In this document: positions 41,501 to 53,429 of the stretch, piece by piece | Numbering within the stretch: position 1 is the first letter of the stretch | How the letters are laid out: every line of letters starts with the position of its first letter | Assembly: GCA_037447605.1 (NCBI GenBank) | Contig: CM074808.1 | Coordinates: forward strand, 1,860,001-1,924,000 | Reading direction: 5' to 3' | From: Zygnema circumcarinatum SAG 698-1b | Lineage: Eukaryota > Plantae > Zygnematophyceae | Length of the DNA: 64,000 nucleotides | Notes under the pieces: generated by a model | Told to the model about the DNA's origin: nothing | The model's input: only the letters and a program-made list of their open reading frames with translations | Database searches by the model: none | Made by a program: the position numbers and the translations under genes

Positions 41501-44500
41501 GCCACGAAGAAGGAAGTAGTTCCATCACAGCGCTTGGGTGAAGGAGGCCCAAGATCTAGGAATCTAGGGAGAAGCTGCCCAAGGAACCATTGCTTAAATC
41601 CTGACTAGTCTGGTGGACCAGAGCTAGTGGAATTGATAGTCACTAAGTTGTTAGTGATGGACCACTAAGGAGGAGTTTAGGGAATTCCCCAAGGAGTAGT
41701 GGAGGAGATCAATCTCGAGGTAGCGAAGAGCATAGAGAGAGGGAAGGCCTAACTTTCGCGAGTCTACTCTTACGGAGTGAGGAGCAGCATCGGAGGAGAA
41801 TGGATCGAGTCAAGAGGCGTTGACGACCATTCAAGGAGGGGCAAGGCTGAAGTCGGACGAGGAGGATTCCACTCCAAGTTGACTTGATGAAGACGAGAGA
41901 TTATGGGAAGTCCTTTGGAGATCATATTGCTAACGGACTAGCAGGGCTGATTCTTGTGGAGGGATCATTCGGATCCAAGGAGACGTCAACATGGAGGCTC
42001 AAGTGTGTCCAGACGTGGACCTGATCTATGTTCGAAGAGTTTGCTGGGAGTGCACGCCTAGTTTACTCGAGGAACATGGGATAGAGATTTTTTTCGGAGG
42101 AGGAGCCAAGTTGTTGATCTCAAGAGGAGGCAAGAGGAGCTGATGGATCTCGAAGGAGAAGTGGCGTATAGCCGTCCTGGAAGACAAGGTTAAATCATTT
42201 TGGAAGCAAGCAGGTGGAGTTAGATGCAGGTTGCTGAGAATTTTGTCACATGCAAGTAGTGGAGACCCTTGTGAAGGGTTAGAGTGGAGTAGCTTGTACT
42301 TCTTCGAAAAGGGGAAGGTGCAGCGGTGGACGTTGGCACGATAGCTTGTGGAGCTCGGCATCGAAGTTCTTGGACACCTAAGCTGGAAGAGCTTGAAGAC
42401 GCTTGCAAGGACTAGGATCTTGAGAGGTGCCTAGGTCCGGGAGTCACAAGAGGGAAGAGGCATCGACATGGAGCTGGCGAGATCGCACTCATGATGGGAT
42501 GGCGCTCTAAAGCAAGGTACCGCAACCTTGCACCTTTTTGGTGATAGAATTTGGAGGGACAGGTTTCGGATTTCCCTTAAAGGAAGAAGATAGTAAGACT
42601 CAGGTACATGGTTGGAGGAGGNNNNNNNNNNTGGTTGGAGTGAGGGCGCTTCTAGTGTAGCCCGAGAGACCCAATCGTGCCTATCATTAGCGGAGGAGCA
42701 GCAAGACCATAGGCTGGAGATGCTGACTTCAGATGACTTCTGTCCGGAGTGGGAGAAATGAAGAAGATGCTATGATAGAGGAGGCTGAGCAGTCTTGAAG
42801 AGTTGAAGAGAAGAACTTGAAGATTCGAGGAGCTGCGAGTGATCATGGAGATCAAGTGGCGGCAAGGAGCGCTTGGAGGCGCGGCTGGTGGCAACGGAAT
42901 CAAGGGACGAGCAGAGTGTGGAGAGTGTCATCATGATGATGGTGCAGTACAATTCCCTTCGTAGTATTCCTTGGAAAGTCACTAAAGCTGAAGGAGGTGT
43001 TTTCAGATGCATAGGAAGGTGCAAGAATTACACTCGTTGGAGAAGTTGACATGCAATCAAGAAAGTGTCAAGCAGGGTTTGTAGGACCTTGATAGGGGAA
43101 GAGGAACATCTGGTTAGCTGGCTCATTGATGGAGTAAGTGAGCAGAATTAAGACCCCAAAGGTGGAGTACAAGAGGAGGGTGCCGAGATGTCGAAGCTGG
43201 AGGTGGCTTTGGAGGACCAGTCCTTGTACAAGGAGGCTGTTTAGCTTAAGAAGGGGTAGTTAAGGTGTTCAGATTCGACCTTGGCAGATGGTGCTAAGGG
43301 GAGCTTGTCCATGGGAGACAAAGGTAGTTCATAGTGTGGGGTCCCAGGATCGTGTAGAGGAAGTTGTTGGTGAAGACGGCACTTCATTTGGGTGGAGGCC
43401 TACAACAAATGGCGAGAGTACCACAAGGAGGATTCGACGGACAACTATGAAGGACCTCATGCTTATGAGGGGGTGAGCGGCAATGAAGAAGACGACATTC
43501 TGAATGTGTGAGATGGGAGGAGAAGTTAGGACTTCTCGGGTTTACCTTGGAGGATGAATTTGGAAGACTTTGGGGAAGTTGAAGGTTCCCAACACATTGT
43601 TGACAAGGTGTCAATTGCGCTCAAGGAGGTTCTGATGTGCAACGATTGCACATGCGGAGAGAAGACCATCTTCAGGAGGAGGTGGCCCGGGGGAGAGTGC
43701 AATGGCTATTGCATTCACGGTGGAATCAATTCAAGGGAATTGATGAGCAAGCGGCAAGGTATGCTTAAGTGTTGCTTAACCTTAGGGTGCCATGTTAGTA
43801 TAGCTTGCAAGGAACTTACGTACCAAGAGGGGGATTGTTGATGTATAGGTACATCAAGGTGTTGGTACTTAGTTCCTAGCATGGATGTTGTCCTGGACAT
43901 CAATGTGGTGGTATAGGGACAATGTCATGTATGAATGGTCATGTTTGGTGTAGGGACCTAACATGGGGTGCCCGTGACGATAGCTTATGCAAATGGCAGG
44001 TCTAGGGAAGGTCTAGGGTCGTGGAATTACGTTTAGGGCTTAGGATCGCATTAAATGCACGGAATGTGCTTGAACGGTGCTGAGCGCCGGGCCGTATCGA
44101 CGGGCGCCAGCGACTGTACGGACGACGAAACGTAATGGACGCTGGCGATATTTGGCGAGGCGATCCGCACGGGTTTATTACGATTATCGCGACAAATATA
44201 AGTAAGATAGCTTAATGCCAGTCTCGGGCGTGACGTGACGCGGAAGTCGGGTTGAGAGATTGAGCTGTCGGGCTAATGCAATGAGGAGGCGCATCGCGGC
44301 ATTGCGGACCCCTAGTGCGTCCGCTGGTTTCGACAGGTCAACTCGAGAAGGAACAGTCAGCACTTGAGCGGGCGCGATATGTAATGGGTTGGGCGCGGAC
44401 GGTTACGCCGGGGCGGCGAATAAGCACGGACGCATCTTTGGCGTAGGTCGGTGCTGGCGAGGTTTACGCGGACCGCTGCTGGCTGTTGAACGCTGTAGGC

Positions 44501-47500
44501 TGGCCGCTGAACGCGTTTGCCGCTGTTGAATGCATAGCAGGCAGCCCGTGGACGCGACATCGCGTCACGTCAGCCGTCAGCCATAGTTTAAGAGGAGCAA
44601 GCTGGCTCTTTCCCTCACTCACCTACTCTCTCCTCAATGTTATGCCGCCGACCGCTGTTGGAAGAGTAGGCGTGCAGGTCGAGGCCTGTGAGGAGTCCGC
44701 CTGTGTGTGTATGAAGGTCGAAGGAACTAGCCTCATCATGTTTTAGTGAAGAAGCTAGATGGTGTGTCCCTCATGTGTTGAGGTAGAGGAGGAGTTCATG
44801 GAGGCAGGTAGTGCTTACACGCAGTTGGGGTGTAGGCTATCTATGAGAGGATAGATAGTGTTTCTATGTGAGGAGGAGAATCTAGCATAATGGATCGATG
44901 TAGATTTCCTCGCTTGTATTACACCCTACATGAAGTTTAAGGAGTTTTGGGGGTCGCGGGCTTTCCCCACATCAGATCATTGGCTATGAGTCCTCGTTGG
45001 ATTGGCGGTGGATGAGCAGAGGCAGCTAATTATTGTATGGGCGGTGTGTTGCTCCACACGAGAAAGATCATTGGAGGAGCGGGAGTTGAGGAGATTTGTG
45101 ACCATGGAGGAGTTGGAAGAAGTACACTCTGTAGGTGGGGTGTTTAGTTGTCCGCTGGCGCACCTGGCAAGAGGTGGACGAGAAGGCATATCGTGGCGGA
45201 AGCGGTATGTGGCCCAAGGAGAAGAAAAAGAAAAGTTTTGAGCTCTGATACCCAGGGCATGTGTTGCCCTTTCCTTGTGTCTTTCCTTTCTTGCTGCCCC
45301 TTGCACCAACAACATCAACACATGATCTCCCGGACAACATTCATGCGAGGAACTAAGTACCAACACCTTGATGTACCTATACATCAACAATCCCCCTCTT
45401 GGTACGTAAGTTCCTTGCAAGCTATACTAACATGGCACCCTAAGCTTAGCAACAACTAACTAGGCATACCTTGCCGCTTGCACACCAATTCCCTTGAATT
45501 GATTCCGCCGTGAATGCAACAGCCATTGCACTCTCCCCCGGGCCACCTCTTCCAATAGATGGTCTTCACTTCGCATGTGCAATCCTCGCACATCAGAATC
45601 TCCTTGAGCGTAGTTGACACCTTTTCAACAATGTGGTGGGGACCTTCAACTTCTGAACTCTGCAAAGAGTCATCCTCCAAGGTAACCTGAGAAGACCCAT
45701 CTTCTCCTCCCAACTCACATATCCATGAAGACAACTTCTCCATATGCCGCTCACCCCCTCATAAACATGAGGTCGTTCATATCTGTCCCTCGAATCCTCC
45801 TCGTGGTACTCTCGCCACTTGTTGTAGGCCTCCTCCCAAATGAAGTACCGCCTTCACCAACAACTTCCTCTACACGATCCTGGGACCTCGCACTATGAAC
45901 TCACATGTCCTCCCATGGACATTCTCTCTACTCACATGTCCCCCATGGACAATCTCTCCTCAGCGCCATCTGCCAAGGTCAAATCTGAACACCTTGCCTA
46001 CCCCCTCTTAAGCTAAACAGCCTACCTGTACAAAGACTGGTCCTCCAAAGCACAACGCTGGCTTCGACATCTCGGCACCCTCCTCTTGTACTCCACCTTT
46101 GGGGTCTCAATTCTGCTCACTTACTCCATCAATGAGCTGGCAAACCGGATGTTCCNNNNNNNNNNCGGAGAGAAGTCATCTGAAGTCAGCATCACCGGTC
46201 CATCGTCTAGCTGCTCCTCCGCTAATGATAAGCTTGATTGGGCCTATTGGGCTACCCTTGTAGCATCCTCCTCCAACCAAGTCGCCGAGACTTACTATCT
46301 TCTTCCTTTGAGGGAAACGAAACCTCCCCCTCAAAACTCTTTCACACACAAGGTATGCAAGGTTGCGGTACCTTGCTCAAGAGCGCCATCCCCTCATGAG
46401 TGGGATCTCGCCAGCTCCATGTCGGCGTCTCTTCCTCTTGTGACTTCTGGACCTAGGCACCTCTCAAGATCCTGGTCCTTGCAAGCATCTTCAAGCTCTT
46501 CTAGCTTAGGTGTCCGAGTTCCTTGATGCGGAGCTCCACAAGCTATCGTGCAACCGTCCATCGCTGCACCTTCCCCTTTTCGAAGAAGTACAAGCTACTC
46601 CGCTCTATCCCATCACAAGGGTCAACCTGCATCTAACTCCACCTGCTTGCTTCCAAAATAAATTCACCTTTTAAGGAAAATTTCAAACAAAATTTTGTGG
46701 CCTAAAAGTACTTCACCTTGTCTTCCACGACAACTGTACGCCACTTCTCCTTCGAGATCCACCAGCTTCTCTTGACTCCTTTTGAGATCAGCAACTCGGC
46801 TCCTCCTTCAAAAAAAAGGTCACTATCTTGTTCCCGAGTAAACTAGGCGTGCACTCCCAGCAAACTCTTCAAACAAAGATTCCGTCCACGTCTGGACACA
46901 CTTGAGCCACCACGCTGTCTCCTTGGATCCAAATGATCCCTCCACAAGATAAGCCCTGCAAGTCCGTAAGCAATGTGATCTCCACGAGCTCACGGCTCCA
47001 AAATGTCGACTTAGAGTGGAATCCTCCTCGTCCGACTTCAGCCTTGCCCCTCCTTGAATGGTTGTCAATTCCTTTTGACTCTATCCATTCTACTCCTTTG
47101 CTACATCTACTCCTCCGTGAAGTACACTCCTCATAGGAAGTTGCGACCTTCCTACCTCCGAATTGATCTCCTCCACTACTCCTTGGGGAATTCCCTAAAC
47201 TCCTCCTTAGTGGTCCATCACTAACATCTTAGTGACTATCAATTCCACTAGCTCTGTCCACCAGACTAGTCAGGATTTAAGCAATGGTTCCTTGGGCAGC
47301 TCTCTCTCTTAGACCCTAGATCTTGGGCCTCCTTCACCCCAAACGCATTTGAAGTGAACTCTTTCCATCCGTGGCACTCCTTGCCACCCAGCACCTCTCC
47401 TAGCCTCTCCCACAACCTATGTGAAGATTCTAGTTCATTAGTCTCTAACTCCAAAGCTAGTCTCTAATCCCAAGAGTGTGCTTGAAGGGTCATCCCCTCC

Positions 47501-49697
47501 ACATACCATGGCAATCTCGATATGGCACTGGAGCCCCTCTCCACTTCTCGAAGTGCCGTCAAGTTCTCCTCTCGAATCCTTCGATGAAGCAATCCTCGCT
47601 TCGACATATCCGGAGCATGCTGCCGCCCAAAGGTGAGTCCCACCTTCGCCAGGCCCCTCACGGCCGCCACCTCCAACTACCGAAGTTGGGTCATCTCGAA
47701 AGTGTGCAACTCAATGCACCACCTCCACGCCGTCGGACCTTGACTCCCTTGAGCCGAGTCTCTCAAAACAGCGCCAATTCAATGTCGTTAATCTAGCCTT
47801 CTTTCGCACTCTTTCCATCGAGCTGTCAAGACTAGAACTCTAAACGCATTCTCTCCTTCCTGTAGCTTCTCCAAGCTGACTATTTCAGCAACTTGCTTGC
47901 TACAAACGAAACCATCAACGTGACTAGGAGTTTGACCATATCTATCCTCTTGAGTACCTTTGAGCCAACCACTAGGCTCCCCCAAAGAACTATTCCTTCA
48001 GCTCTTTCTCTAGTCAAGGATCTCTCCCTTTGGAACCCATNNNNNNNNNNCTAGGACTGAACCTTAAGCACCAAATGCTCCAAGACTTCAACCATAAGCT
48101 CTGATACCACTTGTTGGTGTGAGGGGGCAGAAGGAGAGACCTAGTGGAAGGATAAAACATGCTTGAGTGAAACTCCAAAACTTCTTCCACTTCTACTTCG
48201 GCCACATACCGCTTCCGCCACGATATGCCTTCTCTTCCTCCCCTCACCAGGTGCGCACAGCGGAAAACAAAACACGCCACCTACAAGAACTTCTTCATCT
48301 CCTCCATGGTCTCGGCTCCTTCAGCTCCACGCTCCTCCAATGGTCTCCACGTGTGATGCGACACACCGCCCATACAATGGTCGCCTCCACCCATTCATCA
48401 CTCCAATCCAACACAAGGACTCACATGTGACAAATGACACAAGTATAAGGAGAAAGCCCTCGGCCCTAAAACTCCTTAACATTCATAGGTGTAATACAAG
48501 CTCTCTTAGGAAATCTACATATAACCTTATGCCCGATTCTCCTCCTCTCATGAGCACTACCCTATCCACTGATAGGCAGCTTACACCCCAACTGTAGTAG
48601 CTAAGCACTATATGCTTGCTGGAACTTCTCCTCTACCTCAACACGAGAGGGACACATCTCTAACTCTTTCACTAGAGCTAACCATGATGAGAGACAGTTC
48701 TTTCACGACCTCCTACACAAGGCCGGACTCCTCAAGGCCTCCGCCTTCGCCTACTCTTCCTAACACGAAGGTTGAGTAGCATAACGTTCCGAATGAGTGA
48801 GTATGAGCGAGTAACTAGGAAGCCAAGCTTGCTCCCTAATATACTATGGCGGCCTCTGTCACGTGACACCGTCATGTCACGGCCACCCATGCAGCGCCTT
48901 GCAAGGGCCCTATCCTGATCTCAATCGTGCTCCGTCGGATCCTCCTTGGCTCACACGGATCCAGCTCCTCAGCCCGTCGGATCCAACTCAGCCTCATCTT
49001 GATCCTCGTCCTGCACCGTACGATCTGACTCCTCACTAACTCAGCTGCATGTGGGACCCCGTAAGCCTACGGTCGCCACCGACCTAGGCCCTACAGGCCT
49101 TACCCCGAATCTGACACGTGGCGCCTTCCGATTCGCCACTGTCCTCCACATGAGACACTGCTGATGCAGCGCCTCCTCACTCCTGATTCATTGCGCCGAC
49201 ATTCTGATGTCGCGCCTTGTCACTTTCGAATCTGCCGCGTTGTGCCTCAGCACCGACCAATGTCCGTACCTCGAAAGTACATACCTAATCATGAGTTATG
49301 TTCCGCTTGGAGATTGCGTCGCGATCTGCACTCTGGCGCGACCAATCATGTCGCTTAGTGCAGATCCGCCTTTCGCGCCAAAGACCTCCGCGTCCGAACA
49401 TTTCCGCGTCGTCCGTACAGTCGCGCGCCGTCCGTACAGTCGCGCTCCAAACCAATTAATGCGCATCCAGCGCACCCCCTTTGGTACGGTCTAAGCCTAA
49501 GCCGCAAACCTACGACCCTAGACCTTCCCTAGACCTGCCGTACATTGCCCTAACAATTTGGGCATCCCCCATGTTTGGTCCTATACCAAACATGACCATT
49601 CATGCATGACATTGTCCCTACAGCAACACATGATCTCCTGGACAACATTCATGCGAGGAACTAAGTACCAACACCTTGATGTACCTATACATCAACA
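35508..49697 (-). mobile_element. Outer family-A non-autonomous (LARD-like) LTR element whose 3' LTR is split by a nested insertion
   Basis: 5' LTR 48112-49697; PBS 48098-48109; interior 45390-48097 without long ORFs; PPT at about 45390. The 3' LTR lies in two pieces (45312-45389 and 35508-35867), and 35508-35867 appears identical to the start of 48112+. Flanks ATACG and TCTTC do not match. Confidence 0.7.
35878..45311 (+). mobile_element. Nested tandem family-A element: LTR-interior-LTR-interior-LTR
   Basis: Partial LTR to 36121, PBS 36124, PPT AAGAGGGGGAT, LTR 39185-40685 (1501 bp), PBS 40688, PPT, LTR 43836-45311. The ~3.1-kb purine-rich interiors have no recognisable pol domains. Confidence 0.85.
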
Positions 49698-50259
49698 TCT
49701 TCAAGCAGTAAAGTTGCAAGAGGAGATGGTCAAGACGAAGCGAGGGTTGAAAGAGTGGGAGGTGGTAAAACAAATTGGAAAGCGCAAATTAATCAGTGAG
49801 GATGGTAAACAGAGCATTTACGCTTACATGGCACGAGTGGAAGATATGAAGAGGCTCGATCCACAAAAGAAATTTGTTAAATGGTTGGAGGCCTCATATG
49901 CAACCATGGTTGAAGGACCGACAAAACAAGCAAAAGTTCTATGTCCTGTTTTAAAATGGGCTAAAAACAGCTAAAACTTACATTAAGGGGTTGTTGTTTT
50001 AACACGACTCTTTTGGTAAAATGCACAACGGAATGCTTTGCTCTTTCTTCCCTTCCTTGAATCCTTTGAAGGAAGAATTACTAAAAAGAGTAGGTTTTTT
50101 TTTCGCCTTCTCTTTTTGCAGGAGCATGTTCAGCTTGAGGAACGCAACCAGCTATTGGAAGCCAAAGTTCAACAGTACCAAGGCACAATTTTTGAATTGA
50201 AAAGACGGGCTGACGAGGCCGATAAAAAGGTGGCGTATGGGAGAGACGGGAAATCGTGA
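49698..50259 (+). pseudogene. Truncated 3' copy of the SGS3-like XS gene (left palindrome arm)
   Basis: LQAVKLQEEMVKTKRGLKEW...IYAYMARVEDM and the coiled-coil exon EHVQLEERNQ...GRDGKS-stop; cut off at the family-A LTR end. Confidence 0.8.
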
Positions 50260-50263
50260 AATG

Positions 50264-50957
50264 TGCTGTACGGCTATAGAGACCGTACAACTTATGGGAC
50301 ATAGTCTCTCTATGACATGAAGAACTTGGGCGCGGACGCAAAGCGACAAGGTTGGTCGCGCGGGCGCGGACGCGGGAAAGGTCCAAGTTAAGTTCACGGG
50401 ACCGTGACGTGACAAACCGAACATTTGTTCGGGCGTACGGACGACGGCGACGCGCGACGCGACTGAGCGCGGAAAGCGAAGTGTGAACGGAGGCGCGACG
50501 TGACAAGTTCGCGGACGCGAATCGGAACTGAACTGAGGAAGTTTCAGGCGCGCGGAAGGTTACGCGCACACCGNNNNNNNNNNCTGAACCTTTATGGGGA
50601 GGTTCACGCCTTTTACCACTGCACAAGGGAGCAGTGCTTCCCGACTGTGGGTAGTAAGCTGAGGAAGGGTGAGATAGTCAGGGCCAGCCGCAAGCAAGCG
50701 CTTAGTAGAGCGTAGGATAGAGCCAGAGTCAGGAGTAGAATACTGCCTGCACCTGTTGTATCTTTCATTGTATAAAGAAGAGGTTTTCGGCCGGTGGGCT
50801 TTTCTCTTACACTTTGTCTCATAGTTCTTGCCTGGCTCACGGTAGTCAGCATGGCCGCAACGAATGCGAGTGAAGACACGGCCAAAAGGGCTCGGTCTAC
50901 GACCCCTTATCCTCGACAAGTGGCATGGGAGCCACTTCAGGGGAATCCAATTCAACA
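50264..50957 (+). mobile_element. Solo LTR, family C
   Basis: TGCTG...TCAACA with TSD AAATG (50259-63 and 50958-62). The empty site is visible in the right arm (about 53421-53435); contains an N gap. Confidence 0.85.
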
Positions 50958-51124
50958 AAATGGTATGTTACAAACTTACAATAAGTGAATATGTGCCAAG
51001 TAATCTGTTGAACAGATTATTGTATCTGAATATTAACTATCAGCTATGTTGATTCATTGTAATGTAACAGTCATATTTTTCCTAACTATACATTCTCTTT
51101 GCTAGTTTTACTAAACTATACAGA

Positions 51125-52194
51125 ATGTTTAAATCCAGGACAATGCTTCTGCGTCAAACGGCGAATGCAACACGGGCGGCAAGGCGTTTTCTGAAAAAAG
51201 TAAGGGACGAACGACTGTAATGAGTACTATAGAATACACATGGCATTTTAATTTGGCATGTGGAGTGTGTTATCAATATATAACAAATAATATTGTTACC
51301 TTATGGAAGATTTAATTTTTTGTTTGTGTTTATTAACAAAATATCATAACGACTCCGAAATTATTGTTTACATCATTATCCATTACGTTGAAGGCTGATT
51401 TTTATATGATACACAGAATTGAACATATCAGCCTACCCAAAATTTTTAACCAGTCGGCGGTAGCGACATTGGACGTGTACGATGAGGCTGGCACACATTT
51501 TATGTTTGAAAGCTGGGAAAAAGATACGGACATCAACGAAATGACCGAAATACTCTTGAGATACAAAGCAGGAGATACTATTCGTATATGCAATCCATTC
51601 GTGAAGACGACAAAAGATTTGTGAGTTGTAAATTTCCTACATATATCACAATTTTATGGACAAGAGTGTTTAACCTTATCGAGCATTTTAAACACGATCC
51701 TCATCTTTGTTTGAAAGATTGTAGATACAAGCGGTATGGATCAGCTTATAAATTGTCGCCTACAAAAAGGACGATCATTGACGTGCTCGAAATATCAAAG
51801 GCATCGATGTTAAAATTCGTACAACCGTCTGCGCCAAAAAATCTGTCGGTGGTCAATAAAAACATCAATATAAGCGTGTTGCTTTCACTATTCGTAAGTA
51901 CTATGTTTTTGTTTTATTTTGCACAAATATCGCTAATCCCCTGATGATTGATCAACAGCATGACAACAACATGTTTATGGTCGTTTGTCTATGGTTACAG
52001 ATGATATTCGATGTCCAAGGAGTTCTTAAAAGCCGGGAAGACATTAAGCAAACAGAGACCAAAAACGGACTCAGAGCGTACTGTGATATTGAATGGGAGG
52101 ATTACACTAGAATACGAAAAGTTACATTGTGGGGAGATAACACCGATATCATCCACAAAACTGGCGTCACGGCCGGTGAATGCACAGTTCGTGA
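51125..52194 (+). pseudogene. RPA70-like tandem OB-fold gene fragment (left arm), truncated at the palindrome centre
   Basis: ATLDVYDEAGTHFMFESWE...YKAGDTIRICNPFVK and FDVQGVLKSREDIKQTETKNGLRAYCDIEWEDYTRIRKVTLWGD resemble, by eye, RPA1 DBD-A and DBD-B; short AT-rich GT-AG introns. The ATG at 51125 is tentative. Confidence 0.55.
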
Positions 52195-53263
52195 GTCGAA
52201 TTGCCGTTTCACCGATTGTGACGCCAATTTTGTGGATGATATCGGTGTCATCTCCCTACAATGTAACTTTTCGTATTCTAGTGTAATCCTCCACTTCAAT
52301 ATTGCAGTACGCTCTGAGTCCGTTTTTGGTCTTTGTTTGCTTAATGTCTTGTCGGCTTTTAAGAACTCCTTGGACATCGAATATCATCTGTAACCATAGA
52401 CAGACGACCATAAACGTGTTGTTGTCATGTTGTTGATCAATCGTCAGGTGATTAGCGATATTCGTGCAAAATAAAACAAAAACATAATACTTACCAATAG
52501 TGAAAGCAACACGCTTACATTGATGTTTTCATTGCCCACCGACAAATTTTTTTGGCGCACACAGTTGTACGAATTTTAACATCGATGCTTTTGATATTTC
52601 GAGCATGTCAATGATCGTCCTTTTTATAGGCAACAATTTATAAGCTGATCCGTACCGCTTGTATCTGCAATCTTTCAAACAAAGATGAGGATCGTGTTTA
52701 AAATGCTCGATAAGTTTAAACACTTTTGTCCATAAAACTGTAATATATATAGGAAATTTTCAACTGACAAATCTTTTGTCGTCTTCACGAATGGATTGCA
52801 TATACGAATAGTATCTCCTGCTTTGTATCTCAAGAGTATTTCGGTCATTTCGTTGATGTCCGTATCTTTTTCCCAGCTTTCAAACATAAAATGTGTGCCA
52901 GCCTCATCGTACACGTCCAACATTGCTACCGCCGACTGGTTAAAAATTTTGGGTAGGGTGATATGTTCGATTTTGAGTATCATATGAAAATCAGCCTTCA
53001 ACGTAACAGATAATAATGTAAACAATAATTTCGGAGTCGTTACGATATTCTGTTAACATACACAAACAAAAAATTAAATCTTCCATAAGGTAACAATATT
53101 ATTTGTTATATATTGATAACACACTCCACATGCCAAATTAAAATGCCATGTGTATTCTACAGTACTCATCACAGTCGTTTGTCCCTTACTTTTTCAAAAA
53201 ACGCCTTGCCGCCTGTGCTGCATTTGCTGTTTGACGCAGAAGCATTGTCCTGGATTTAAACAT
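52195..53263 (-). pseudogene. Mirror copy of the OB-fold gene fragment (right arm)
   Basis: IFDVQGVLKSRQDIKQTKTKNGLRAYCNIEVEDYTRIRKVTL*GDD, with TGG changed to TAG. Confidence 0.55.
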
Positions 53264-53429
53264 TCTGAATAGTTTAGTAGAACAAGCGAAGAGAATAAAT
53301 AGTTAGGAAAAATATGACTGTTACGTTACAATGAATCAGCATAGCTGATAGTTAATATTCAGATACAATAATCTGTTCAATAGATTACCTGGCACAGATT
53401 CACATATTGTAAGTTTCTAACATACCATT

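Noticed and set aside
36122-43835. Short ORFs in the family-A interiors as gag/pol
   Set aside because: No RT (YxDD), RNase H, integrase or zinc-knuckle motif could be recognised; the ORFs recur only because the DNA is repeated.
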